From contig JASTWF010000364.1 in NCBI GenBank assembly GCA_030390025.1, positions 310,001 to 374,000 of the forward strand: DNA of 64,000 nucleotides. The letters are read 5' to 3'. How positions within the stretch are numbered: position 1 is the first letter of the stretch; each line of letters begins with the position of its first letter. A program made the translations under genes and the position numbers. Source of the stretch: Squalus acanthias. Lineage: Eukaryota. Below are positions 1-12,884 of the stretch, piece after piece. Below the pieces are notes generated by a model. That model was not told the origin of the DNA and made no database searches. It was given only the letters and a program-made list of their open reading frames with translations.

Positions 1-1850
1 CTTCATTATCTCCTGCCGCCGTCCCAGGCTTGGCTCCCTCTTAGATAAGCCGACAGCTTCCCTCTGTGCCTCTCTTGGCATCCTCCGAATGGCCCATCAA
101 GGCACTCAATGCTTCTTCCTCACAAGCACCAACCTCAATAGTCCAATCCTAATCTCTCGCTGACCTTCCCACATGCTGCGGGGCTAATCTTGCTAATCAT
201 CTCCCTGTACAACTCACCCCTCCCAGTGCTAACCCTGTGGATGCTGGCAGTGGATCAGCCATCATCGACCCTCTCCACATCTCCCTCCAGAATGTCCGTT
301 CACTTGTGAACAAGGCCCTTGCCATCCAGAAGTTTATCGTGGATGACTGCATTGACATCATGGCCCTGACGGAAACCTGGTTGAGGGGTGATGACACCTT
401 ACCCCCTAAATGAAGCCTCCCCACCTGGCTATACCTTCCACCACTCGCCCCGCTCAGACCGCCGTGGTGGTGGTGTGGCTCTCATCACCAAATCACACCT
501 TGGTCTGTCCCCCTACGCCTCCGGCACTTTCTCCTCCTTTGATCAGCTCGCCTTGTTCCACCCCTCTCACCTCATTTTAAATTAGTTCTCTACTGTCCAC
601 TCTCCTGAGTTCACTAGCCTCCTATCCTCCGTGAATCTCTCCCTCCATGTGAACTCCCCAACCCATATTCAAGGCCACCCCCCTCGATCTCGCTACTCCT
701 ATCATGTCAATCACTGATAAGGCCATCTCGGACCACTTCCTTGTATCGCTCTCCACGCACATCCCCCTTCTCCCCCTGCCCGAGCCCTGAACTCACATCT
801 TTCTCCAGTTTCTCTCCGTTCTCTCCTCACGACCTCTCCACACTCACCTTGTCCATGAGACCCACTTCCTGCTCCCTCGATCCTATTCCCACTAAACTGC
901 TGACCACCCAACTTCTTTTTCTGCCTCCCATGTCAGCTGACATTGTCAACGGTCCCCCTCTCTTTTAAATCTGCCGTCATCACCCCTCACCTCAAAACAA
1001 ACCTTGATCCCTCCGTCCTTGCAAACTACCGCCCCATCTCCAACCTCCCTTTCCTCTCCAAAGTCCTTGAACGAGTTGTCGCCTCCCAAATCCATGCCCA
1101 TCTTTCCCGGAACTCCATGTTTGAATCCCTCCAATCAGGTTCCCGCCCCTGCTACAGTACTGAAACGGCCCTTATCAAAGTCACAAGTGAGATCCTTTGT
1201 GACTGTGACAAAGGTAAACTATCCCTCCTCGTCCTTCTCGACCGGTCTACAGCCTTTGACACAGTTGACCACTCCATCCTCCTCCAACGCCTCTGCACCG
1301 TCGTCCAGCTGGGTGGGACTGCACTCGCCTGGTTCGATTCTTATCTATCTAATCATAGCCAGAGAATCACCTGCAACGGCTTCTCTTCCTGCTCCCGCAT
1401 CGTTACCTCTGGTGTCCCCCAAGGATCTATCCTTGGCCCCTCCTATTTCTCATCTACATGTTGCCCCTTGGTGACATCATGCGAAAACACTGCGTCAGTT
1501 TCCACATGTTCGCTGATGACACCCAGCTCTAGCTCACTATCACTTCTCTCGACCCCTCGACGGTCTCTAAATTGTCAGACTGCTTGTCCGACATACAGTT
1601 CTGGATGAGCAGAAATTTTCTCCAATTAAATATTGGGGAGTCCGTAGCGATTGTTTTCGGTCCCCGCCACAAACTCCGTTCCCTAGCCACTAACTCCATC
1701 CCTCTCCCTAACATCTGTCTGAGGCTGAACCACACTGTTCGCAACCTTGATGTCATATTTGACCCTGAAATGAGCTTCCGACCACATATCCGCAGCATAA
1801 CAAAGACCGCCTACTTCCACCTCTGTAACATCGCCCGTCTCCAACCTCTG
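1..1850 (+). mobile_element. L2-clade LINE fragment, copy 1 (endonuclease + RT, internally deleted, frameshifted)
   Basis: SLQNVRSL, MALTETWL, RRGGGVAL (APE endonuclease); [35 protein letters not shown] (RT). Confidence 0.92.
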
Positions 1851-1910
1851 TTTCCTCTCCAAAGTCCTTGAACGAGTTGTCGCCTCCCAAATCCGTGCCC
1901 ATCTTTTCCA

Positions 1911-2823
1911 GAACATCACTCCTTCAACCCATGGACCAAGGTGTGATAGCCACCTTCAAGGCATACTTCATACGACGCAGCTTTGACCGCATGATGGAGG
2001 CTATGGAGGATGACGCAACACTGACGGTGAAAAGCTGTTGGAAGGATTACACCATCGCTGACTGCATCACCAACATAAAAGAATCGACGGATGAACTGAA
2101 GAGGACACTCAACGCCTGCTGGGCTAAACTTTGGAAGGAGACAGTGAATGACTTCCGAGGCTTCCCTAAAATTGACGCTGAAGTTGATCGCATTGTGAAG
2201 GTTGCGCGACGTTTGGGAGGCGAGGGGCTGGCCGACATAGAGCCTGATGACATCGAGGAGCTCCTTGAGTCGCACAGCGAGGAGTTGACGGAGGAGGACC
2301 TTGAAGAGCTGATACAGTATTCTAGTGAGGTAGAGGACGAGGATGAAGATGAGGATATGGTGGAGAAGTCGAAGATGACAAGTGCCAACCTTAGCAAGGC
2401 AATGCTCCTCGCTACTAATCTCTCCGACCTCTTTATGGAGATTGACCCATTCTTGGAGCGTAGTTTAAACTTCAAGCGAGGTTTGGAGGGATTTAATGAG
2501 ACCAGACATGCAGGTCCAGAAAGATATTCAGTAAAAAAGAGTCAACCATCCCTCGCAGAATTCTTTAAGAAACCGCCCAGTTGATGACCCAGTTGCATCA
2601 ACCAGCCACAATGTCGCTTCTCCGCATTCACCCCCCTCAATTGATGATCTTTTTTATTGTGTTGTTTAAAATAAAGCAACTTACTTTGGCTCTGACTAGT
2701 GTAAATGCGGCCGCGTTCCCCCAACCCCATTTTTCCCATAAAGTCTTATATTTGCCAACTGCGGTTTTACCAACCACGGGGGTTTTCAGGGACGTTTCCC
2801 CCGCGGTTGGGGAGGGATTACTT
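1911..2823 (+). mobile_element. pogo/Tigger DNA transposon 3' fragment (DDE C-terminus + right end)
   Basis: ORF 1868-2584 contains TSLLQPMDQGVIATFKAY and an acidic C-terminus typical of Tigger transposases; ends GAGGGATTACTT followed by TA. Confidence 0.85.
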
Positions 2824-2859
2824 TAGTCTTAAAACTAATTAGCACGACCCAAGTTGAAC

Positions 2860-3600
2860 CAGAGGTGGTATCTCGATAGTCAGGGGGACAGACAGGTAGT
2901 ACTGCTACTGTCGACGTGAGACCTGCATGGTGCGTTGCCTCCCTGGTGCCAGGGTAAGGGACGTCACGGAGAGGGCGCAGAACATTCTGCGGGGGGAAGG
3001 GGGAAGATCCAGAATTCGTGGTCTGTCTCAGAACCAACAACATAGGGAGGAAGAGGGTGGAGGTCCTGCAGTCAGAGTTTAAGGAGCTAGGGAGGAAGTT
3101 AAAATTCAATAGTAGCCTTCAAAAGGAAATTGGATAAATACTTGAAGGAGAAAAAATTACAGGGCTTTGGGGAAAGAGCAGGGAGTGGGACTAATCGGAG
3201 AGCTCTTTCAAAGAGCAGGCACAGACACGATGGGCCGAATGTCCTCCTGTGCTGTGCTAGTCTATGATTCTATGAAGTAGGGAGAAACCATTTCCTGTAG
3301 CAAGTGTGTCGGTAACAAGAAGTCATAAATTTAAAGTAATTGGCAACAGTAGAGTGAAAATGAGGAGAAATTTCTTCCACAGGATTGTTACAATCTGGAA
3401 CACACTACCTGAAAGGGCGGTGGAATCAGATTCCAGAGGAACTTGAGGCAACTGGACATGCTCTTGAAGAGGATTAATTTTGCAGGGCAATAGGGAAAGA
3501 GCAGGGGGAGTGGGATTAATTGGAGAGCTCTTTCATAGAGCCGGCACAGACACGATGGGCCGAATGGATTCCTTCTGTGCTGTGAGATTCGATGATTCTA
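2860..3600 (+). mobile_element. CR1 fragments (ORF1 esterase piece plus two 3' ends)
   Basis: CLPGARVRDV-like coding sequence; 3' ends with atgggccgaat...ctgtgctgt and ctatgatt-type tails at ~3270 and ~3595. Confidence 0.75.
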
Positions 3601-6115
3601 CGTCGGTAATGACAGTGTGATGTCGGTGTGATGTGTGACAAGGTTCCTTTGGCCGTGTTGGAAATGGGACTTTGTTGCTCGATTTTAAGCATCTTTCAGT
3701 TTGATGGGGCAGTTTAGATTATTGACTCGTTCTATGGTTTTTCAGCTTTGTTGGTTGCTGGCTAGTGGGTTACATTTCTCTGCCGCTTCGGATCTTCGGT
3801 GACCTCTAACCTCGTGTCAAGGTCGCCATCATCTTTCTGCACCGCAACCGATTCTGCAATCTCCTGGATTCTCATTCCCACAGAATAACCTCCATCCTCC
3901 AATTCTCTACCCTTCAAATAGCTTCTGCATTTCACTCGCCCGCTACACCTGTCTCCGAACTTGGACAACAGTTTGACGATGCTCCACACTGACTGCACCC
4001 TACCTACGTCAACTTTATCCCTCCACGGGACCTCTGACTTTAACTCTGGACTCCCTACTACTGTCTCCAACCTATTCTCTGCTTCTACCAGGAAACATGT
4101 ATCCCAATAACTGTTACATAACCAGGCCTTTGTAACCTGAGGTTTCCCTGTGGCCATTCATGGCTTCCGCTCCGGACCCCAGCCCGTCCCTGACCGCGCT
4201 CTCCTGTCGTCATGCCTCCTTTCACCTCTCCTCTCTCGGGTACTCTGCCCTCACAAATCCCTACCCCAATCCTTCATTACTCTCCGACCTTCCTTCTCTC
4301 CTGCCGCCGTCCCAGGCTTGTCTCCCTCTTCGATAAGCCCACAGCTTCCCTCTGTGCCTCTCTTGGCATCCTCCGAATGGCCCATCAAGGCACTCAATGC
4401 TTCTTCCTCACAAGCACCAACCTCAATAGTCCAATCCTAATCTCTCGCTGACCTTCCCACATGCTGGGGGCTAATCTTGCTAATCATCTCCCCGTACAAC
4501 TCACCCCTCCCAGTGCTAACCCTGTGGATGCTGGCAGTGGATCAGCCATCATCGACCCTCTCCACATCTCCCTCCAGAATGTCCGTTCACTTGTGAACAA
4601 GGCCCTTGCCATCCAGAAGTTTATCGTGGATGATTGCATTGACATCATGGCCCTGACGGAAACTTGGTTGAGGGGTGATGACACCTTACCCTTAAATGAA
4701 GCCTCCCCACCTGGCTATACCTTCCACCACTTGCCCCGCTCAGACCGCCGTGGTGGCGGTGTGGCTCTCATCACCAAATCACACCTTGGTCTGTCCCCCT
4801 ACTCCTCCGGCACTTTCTCTTCCTTTGAGCATCTCGCCTTGTTCCACCCCTCTCACCTCATTTTAAATTAGGTCTCTACTGTCCACTCTCCTGAGTTCAC
4901 TACCCTCCCTTAATCTCTCCCTCCATGTGAACTCCCCAACCCATATTCAAGGCCACCCCCCTCGACCTCGCTACTCCTATCATGTCAATCGCTGATAAGG
5001 CCATCTCGGACCACTTCCTTGTATCGCTCTCCACGCACATCCCCCTTCTCCCCCTGCCCGAGCCCTAAACTCACATCTTTCTCCAGTTTCTCTCCGTTCT
5101 CTCCTCACGACCTCTCCACACTCACCTTGTCCATGAGACCCACTTCCTGCTCCCTCGACCCTATTCCCACTAAACTGCTGACCACCCAACTTCTGTTTCT
5201 GTCTCCCATGTCAGCTGACATTGTCAACGGTCCCCCTCTCTTTTAAATCTGCCGTCATCACCCCTCACCTCAAAACCTTGATCCCTCCGTCCTTGCAAAC
5301 TACCGCCCCATCTCCAACCTCCCTTTCCTCTCCAAAGTCCTTGAACGAGTTGTCGCCTCCCAAATCCGTGCCCATCTTTCCCGGAACTCCATGTTTAAAT
5401 CCCTCCAATCAGGTTCCCGCCCCTGCTACAGTACTGAAACGGCCCTTATCAAAGTCACAAGTGAGATCCTTTGTGACTGTGACAAAGGTAAACTATCCCT
5501 CCTCGTCCTTCTCGACCGGTCTACAGCCTTTGACACGGTTGACCACTCCATCCTTCTCTAACGCCTCTGCACCGTCGTCCAGCTGGGTGGGACCGCACTC
5601 GCCTGGTTCCATTCTTATCTATCTAATCATAGCCAGAGAATCACCTGCAACAGCTTCTCTTCCTGCTCCCGCATCGTTACCTCTGGTGTCCCCCAAGGAT
5701 CTATCCTTGGCCCCCTCCTATTTCTCATCTACATGCTGCCCCTTGGCGACATCATCCGAAAACACAGCATCAGTTTCCACATGTACACTGACGACACCCA
5801 GCTCTACCTCAGCACCACTTCTCTCGACCCCTCCACGGTCTCTAAATTGTCAGACTGCTTGTCCGACACACAGTTCTGGATGAGCAGAAATTTTCTCCAA
5901 TTAAATATTGGGGAGTCCGTAGCGATTGTTTTCGGACCCTGCCACAAACTCTGTTCCCTAGGCACTGACTCCATCCCTCTCCCTAACATCTGTCTGAGGC
6001 TGAACCACACTGTTCGCAACCTTGATGTCATATTTGACCCTGAAATGAGCTTCCGACCACATATCCGCAGCATAACAAAAACCGCCTACTTCCACCTCTA
6101 ACATCGCCTGTCTCC
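3601..6115 (+). mobile_element. L2-clade LINE fragment, copy 2 (includes probable 5' region)
   Basis: ORFs 4461-4871 (EN) and 5733-6101 (RT, YTDDTQLY); paralogous to 1-1850. Confidence 0.88.
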
Positions 6116-6184
6116 AACCTCTGTTTCCTCTCCAAAGTCCTTGAACAAGTTGTCGCCTCCCAAATCCATGCCCATCTTTCCCGG

Positions 6185-7083
6185 AACAACACTCCTTAAA
6201 CCCATGGACCAAGGTGTGATAGCCACCTTCAAGGCATACTTCATATGACGCAGCTTTGACCGCATGATGGAGGCTACGGAGGATGACGCAACACTGACGG
6301 TGAAAAGCTGTTGGAAGGATTACACCATCGCTGACTGCATCACCAACATAAAAGAATCGACGGATGAACTGAAGAGGACACTCAACGCCTGCTGGGCTAA
6401 ACTTTGGAAGGAGACAGTGAGTGACTTCCGAGGCTTCCCTACAATTGACGCTGAAGTTCAGCGCATTGTGAAGGTTGCGCGACGTTTGGGAGGCGAGGGG
6501 CTGGCCGACATAGAGCCTGATGACATCGAGGAGCTCCTTGAGTCGCACGGCGAGGAGTTGACGGAGGAGGACCTTGAAGAGCTGATACAGTATTCTAGTG
6601 AGGCAGAGGACGAGAATATGGGGTAGAAGTCGAAGATGACAAGTGCCAACCTTAGCAAGGCAATGCTCCTCGCTACTAATCTCTCCGACCTCTTTATGGA
6701 GATTGACCCATTCTTGGAGCGTAGTTTAAACTTCAAGCGAGGTTTGGAGGATTTAATGAGACCAGACAAGCAGGTCCAGAAAGATATTCAGTAAAAAAGA
6801 GTCAACCATCCCTCGCAGAATTCTTTAAGAAACCACCCAGTTGATGACCCAGTTGTATCAACCAGCCACAATGTCGCTTCTCCGCATTCACCCCCCTCAA
6901 TTGATGATCTTTTTTATTGTGTTGTTTAAAATAAAGCAACTTACTTAGGCTCTGACTAGTGTAAATGCGGCCGCGTTCCCCAACCCCATTTTTCCCCATA
7001 AAGTCTTATATTTGCCAACTGCGGTTTTACCAACCACGGTGGTTTTCAGGGACGTTTCCCCCGCGGTTGGGGAGGGATTACTT
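6185..7083 (+). mobile_element. pogo/Tigger fragment, copy 2
   Basis: Paralog of 1911-2823 with extra stops. Confidence 0.85.
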
Positions 7084-7119
7084 TAGTCTTAAAACTAATT
7101 AGCACGACCCAAGTTGAAC

Positions 7120-7860
7120 CAGAGGTGGTATCTCGATAGTCAGGGGGACAGACAGGTAGTACTGCTACTGTCGACGTGAGACCCGCATGGTGCGTTGCCT
7201 CCCTGGTGCCAGGGTAAGGGACGTCACAGAGAGGGCGCAGAACATTCTGCGGGGGGGAAGGGGAAGATCCAGAATTCGTGGTCTGTCTCAGAACCAACAA
7301 CATAGGGAGGAAGAGGGTGGAGGTCCTGCAGTCAGAGTTTAAGGAGCTAGGGAGGAAGTTAAAATTCAATAGTAGCCTTCAAAAGGAAATTGGATAAATA
7401 CTTGAAGGAGAAAAAATTACAGGGCTTTGGGGAAAGAGCAGGGAGTGGGACTAATCGGAGAGCTCTTTCAAAGAGCCGGCACAGTCACGATGGGCCGAAT
7501 GTACTCCTGTGCTGTGCTAGTCTATGATTCTATGAAGTAGGGAGAAACCATTTCCTGTAGCAAGTGTGTCGGTAACAAGAAGTCATAAATTTAAAGTAAT
7601 TGGCAACAGTAGAGTGAAAATGAGGAGAAATTTCTTCCACAGGATTGTTACAATCTGGAACACACTACCTGAAAGGGCGGTGGAATCAGATTCCAGAGGA
7701 ACTTGAGGCAACTGGACATGCTCTTGAAGAGGATTAATTTTGCAGGGCAATAGGGAAAGAGCAGGGGGAGTGGGATTAATTGGAGAGCTCTTTCAAAGAG
7801 CCGGCACAGACACGATGGGCCGAATGGATTCCTTCTGTGCTGTGAGATTCGATGATTCTA
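7120..7860 (+). mobile_element. CR1 fragments, copy 2
   Basis: Paralog of 2860-3600. Confidence 0.75.
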
Positions 7861-9501
7861 CGTCGGTAATGACAGTGTGATGTCGGTGTGATGTGTGACA
7901 AGGTTCCTTTGGCCGTGTTGGAAATGGGACTTTGTTGCTCGATTTTAAGCATCTTTCAGTTTGATGGGGCAGTTTGGATTATTGTATTAGATTATTGACT
8001 CGTTCTATGGTTTTTCAGCTTTGTTGGTTGCTGGCTAGTGGGTTACATTTCTCTGCCGCTTCGGATCTTCGGTGACCTCTAACCTCGTGTCAAGGTCGCC
8101 ATCATCTTTCTGCACCGCAACCGATTCTGCAATCTCCTGGATTCTCATTCCCACAGAATAACCTCCATCCTCCAATTCTCTACCCTTCAAATAGCTTCTG
8201 CATTTCACTCGCCCGCTACACCTGTCTCCGAACTTGGACGACAGTTTGTCGATGCTTCACACTGACTCCACCCTACCTACGTCAACTTTATCCCTCCACG
8301 GGACCTCTGACTTTAACTCTGGACTCCCTACTATTGTCTCCAACCTATTCCCTGCTTCTACCAGGAAACATGTATCCCAATAACTGTTACATAACCAGGC
8401 CTTTGTAACCTGAGCTTTCCCTGTGGCCATTCATGGCTTCCGCTCCGGACCCCAGCCCGTCCCTGACCGCACTCTCCCGTCATCATGCCTCCTTTCACCT
8501 CTCCTCTCTCGGGTACTCAGCCCTCCCAAATCCCTACCCCAATCCTTCATTACTCCGACCTTCCTTCTCTCCTGCCGCCTTCCCAGGCTTGGCTCCCTCT
8601 TAGATAAGCCGACAGCTTCCCTCTGTGCCTCTCTTGGCATCCTCCGAATGGCCCATCAAGGCACTCAATGCTTCTTCCTCACAAGCACCAACCCCAATAG
8701 TCCAATCCTAATCTCTCGCTGACCTTCCCACATGCTGGGGGCTAATCTTGCTAATCATCTCCCCGTACAACTCACCCCTCCCAGTGCTGACCCTGTGGAT
8801 GCCTGGCAGTGGATCAGCCATCATCGACCCTCTCCACATCTCCCTCCAGAATGTTCGTTCACTTGTGAACGAGGCCCTTGCCATCCAGAAGTTTATCGTG
8901 GATGACTGCATTGACATCATGGCCCTGACGGAAACCTGTTTGAGGGGTGATGACACCTTACCCCCTAAATGATGCCTCCCCACCTGGCTATACCTTCCAC
9001 CACTCGCCCCGCTCAGACCGCCGTGGTGGCGGTGTGGCTCTCATCACCAAATCACACCTTGGTCTGTCCCCCTACTCCTCCGGCACTTTCTCCTCCTTTG
9101 ATCAGCTCGCCTTGTTCCACCCCTCTCACCTCATTTAAAATTAGTTCTCTACTATCCACTCTCCTGAGCTCACTAGCCTCCTATCCTCCCTGAATCTCTC
9201 CCTCCATGTGAACTCCCCATCCCATATTCATGGCCACCCCCCTCGACCTCGCTACTCCTATCATGTCAATCGCTGATAAGGCCATCTCGGACCACTTCCT
9301 TGTATCGCTCTCCACGCACATCCCCCTTCTCCCCCTGCCCTAGCCCTGAACTCACATCTTTCTCCAGTTTCTCTCCGTTCTCTCCTCACGACCTCTCCAC
9401 ACTCACCTTGTCCATGAGACCCACTTCCTGCTCCCTCGATCCTATTCCCACTAAACTGCTGACCACCCAACTTCTTTTTCTGTCTCCCATGTCAGCTGAC
9501 A

Positions 9502-10596
9502 TTGTCAACGGTCCCCCTCTCTGTTAAATCTGCCGTCATCACCCCTCACCTCAAAACAAACCTCGACCCCTCCGTCCTTGCAAACACCCGCCCCATCTCC
9601 AACCTCCCTTTCCTCTCCAAAGTCCTTGAACGTGTTGTCGCCTCCCAAATCCGTGCCCATCTTTCCTGGAACTCCATGTTTAAATCCCTCCAATCAGGTT
9701 CCCGCCCCTGCTACAGTACTGAAACGGCTCTCATCAAAGTCACAAATGACATCCTTTGTGACTGTGACAAAGGTAAACTATCCCTCCTCGTCCTTCTTGA
9801 CTTGTCTGCAGCCTTTGACACGGTTGACCACTTCATCCTTCTCCAACGCCTCTCCACCGTCGACCAGCTGGGTGGGACTGCACTCGCCTGGTTCCATTCT
9901 TATCTATCTAATCGTAGGCAGAGAATCACCTGCAATGGCTTCTCTTCCCGCTCCCGCATCGTTACCTCTGGTGTCCCCCAAGGATCTATCCTTGGCCCCC
10001 TCCTATTTCTCATCTACATGCTGCCCCTTGGCGACATCATCCGAAAACACAGCATCAGTTTCCACATGTACACTGACGACACCCAGCTCTACCTCAGCAC
10101 CACTTCTCTCGACCCCTCCACGGTCTCTAAATTGTCAGACTGCTTGTCCGACACACAGTTCTGGATGAGCAGAAATTTTCTCCAATTAAATATTGGGGAG
10201 ACCGAAGCCATTGTTTTCGGTCCCTGCCACAAACTCCGTTCCCTAGCCACTAACTCCATCCCTCTCCCTAACATCTGTCTGAGGCTGAACCACACTGTTC
10301 GCGACCTTGGTCTCATATTTGACCCTGAAATGAGCTTCCGACCACATATCCACAGCATAACAAAGACCGCCTACTTCCACCTCCGTAACATCGTCCGTCT
10401 CCACCCTTGCCTCAGCTCATCCGCTGCTGAAACCCTCATCCATGCCTTTGTTACCTCTAGACTGGACTATTCCAGCGTTGTCCTGGCTGGCCTCCCACAT
10501 TCTACCCTACGTAAACTTGAGGTCATCCAAAACTTGGCTGCCCATGTCCGAACTCACACCAAGTCCCTTTCACCCATCACCCCTGTGGCAGGGTAG
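9502..10596 (+). pseudogene. L2 reverse transcriptase ORF remnant (364 aa), cut by a SINE insertion
   Basis: [37 protein letters not shown] motifs. Confidence 0.88.
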
Positions 10597-10827
10597 TTTT
10601 CCCAAGTGTCCTGGACTAATATTGATCCCTCAATCAACATAACAAAAACAGATTATCTGGTCATTATCCACATTGCTGTTCGTGGGAGCTTGCTGTGTGC
10701 AAATTGGCTGCCACATTTCCTACATTACAACAGTGACTACACTTCAAAAGTACTTCATTGGCTGTAAAGTGCTGAGATGTCCGGTGGTCGTGAAAGGTGA
10801 GATATAAATGCAAGTCTTTCTTTTCTT
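10588..10827 (+). mobile_element. 5'-truncated Deu-domain SINE (DeuSINE/SacSINE-like) inserted in L2
   Basis: gattatctggtcattat...gggagcttgctgtgtgcaaattggctgcc...tacattacaacagtgactacacttcaaaagtacttcattggctgtaaag core; 5-bp TSD CTGTG at 10583-10587 and 10828-10832; removal restores L2 PVLADLHWLP. Confidence 0.82.
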
Positions 10828-11299
10828 CTGTGCTCGCTGACCTACATTGGCTCCCGGTTAAGCAACGCTTCGATTTTAAAATTCTCATCCTCGTTTTCAG
10901 ATCCCTCCCTGGCCTCGCCCCTCTCTATTTTTGTAACCTTCTCCAGCCCTACAACCCTCCGAGATCTCTGCGCTCCTCCAATTCTAGCCTCTTGCGCATC
11001 CCTGATTTTAATCGCTCCACCATTGACGGCCGTGCCTTCAGCTGCCTGGGCCCTGAGCTCTGGAATTCCCTCCCTAAACCTCTCCGTCTCTCTCTCCTCC
11101 TTTAAGACGCTCCTTAAAACCTCCCTCCTTGACTCAGCTTTTGGTCACCTGTCCGAATATCTCTATGTGGCTCGTTGTCAAAATTTTGTTTTGATAATCG
11201 CTCCTGTGAAGCACCTTGGGACGCTTTACTACATTAAAGGTGCTATATAAATACAAGTTGTTGTTGTTTTAGTGGTGTCAGGTGACACTGGGACAATTC

Positions 11300-12877
11300 A
11301 GTGCCGCTCCTATTAGTCCAATTAAGAGAGGCCCACTTCCACCTTTACCGTCAATTGCCCAATGTTGTCGGGCGCTGGGACTATGGCGAGAGGATGTTGG
11401 CAGCCAAGTGGTCACAGCTGTACCTGATTAAACAGACGAGGGTTTTATATAAAGGAATGGTTTGAGATTCCGAGCGGATTGCCAGGATGGAGAGACGTGG
11501 GTCTGCGATGAGTTTTGCAGTCAGTGTATTATGTTTGGGGAAGCGAACAATGTGGTGTGCAGGGGGAGCTGGACCAGCTTTGGTCGACGGTCGAGAACAC
11601 GAAGGACTGAGACAAGCACTGACCACCTTGAGGCAAGCGGATCTCCATCACATGGGATCAGGAGTGGGACATCAGCCCCGGTCAACCACCACTGCAGGCC
11701 GGCCCCTGTGGAAGTCCTTACAGTTCACAAACACTCCTGGGTGATGAGGGAGTGTCTTGATGGCCACATGTGTGCAGTCGATGACACCCTGCACCTGTGG
11801 GAAGTCAGCCAGAGCCACAAAGCCAAGCGTCCGCTCAGTAACACTTGCTTCATCAGTGGCAAAGTTGACATAATTGGCTGACTTGTCAAACATGGCATTA
11901 GTCACCTGGGTGATGTATCTGTGGGCGGCCGACTGCGAGATCCCACAAATGTCTGCTGCAGATCCCTGGAAGGAGCCCGAGACGAAGATGTTGAGGGCAG
12001 TGGTGTCTTTGACAGCCACTGGAAAGACATGTCCACCAGGTCCTCTGGTCAGCAGGTCTTGTTCCAGCAAGCTACAAATGTCTGCCACGAGCTGGCGTGA
12101 TAGCCTGAGCCTCCGTTGGCACTGCTGCTCAGTCATGTTGAGGAAGCTCATCCTCTGCCTGTATACTGTGTTGGGGGTCTCGCCTCCGAAGCGCTGCAGC
12201 CCTGTGGTGACCCCCTCTCTCATGTGGACCATCAGGTCATTGAGAAGGCTGCTATTGTGGTTGCTGCTGCTGGTGGGATTCCTCTTGGTCCTCAGAATCA
12301 AACCAAGGTGAGACAGTAGAACCGACACTAATGCTGACGCAGTAGATGGCATTTGGAGATCAGAGGGCCAATCCCTCAATGTTGTAATGCTGAGTAGCAA
12401 TGTGGCGAGAGTGGCTTCCGAGGTTTGAGAAATTACCTGCAAACTGCTGACACCCAAATCTGTGGACAAAATGGAGTGAGCAAGAGCCTTTCCATGAGGC
12501 AAGTAGTGAGGTGTAATGTTGCAGTATTTATGTGCTTTTCCCAGCTCTCAATGAATGAACTCACCAATGGCCGCCAAGCTTCCGCCTCCCCTCCACAAGC
12601 GAGGTACCCGACCTCCGTGAATCCCGTGCTCCTGCAGTAAGAGTCAAAAACTGCCGTTAAAAACCCTCTTAAGGGTCTCTCAACAAGCATTTAATGACTT
12701 CAGTGAGGTCGCCCGCCTCTGCTGATCGGGTTCGTGTCGCGCCTTCAAAGCCGCCAGAGTTAAATGCGTGAGATGGCGGGATGACGGCGGGTTCCCGACG
12801 CGCTCGCAATTTCCGGGATTTTTACTGCCGCCCCGCCCCCAAACTCTCATGCTCGGCAACGGAAAAATTCTGGCCAA
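11300..12877 (-). mobile_element. Decayed PIF/Harbinger element (nuclease fragment)
   Basis: ORF 11672-12502: [43 protein letters not shown]-rich subterminal region and TIR-like aaaattctggcc near 12870. Confidence 0.8.
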
Positions 12878-12884
12878 CATGTTA

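Larger units (their letters stand above)
1..10400 (+). repeat. Tandem array of ~4.27 kb composite unit (L2 + Tigger + CR1 fragments), ~2.4 units visible, continues off the window start
   Basis: Near-identical text at offsets of 4260-4272 bp (2821 vs 7081; 3661 vs 7921; 1921 vs 6193); duplicated ORFs in the ORF track. Confidence 0.95.
7861..11270 (+). mobile_element. L2-clade LINE, copy 3, running to its natural 3' end
   Basis: Continues through HAFVTSRLDY, LHWLPV, RAFS..GPELWNSLP and a 3' tail ggtgctatataaatacaagttgttgttgtt. Confidence 0.92.

Noticed and set aside
1868..2584. Host TIGD-like gene
   Set aside because: 5'-truncated, its start comes from out-of-frame L2 sequence, and the second copy is disrupted.
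11299..11362. Short inverted repeat gggacaatt...aattgccc as a MITE or hairpin RNA
   Set aside because: Too short and imperfect; may be a decayed Harbinger end.
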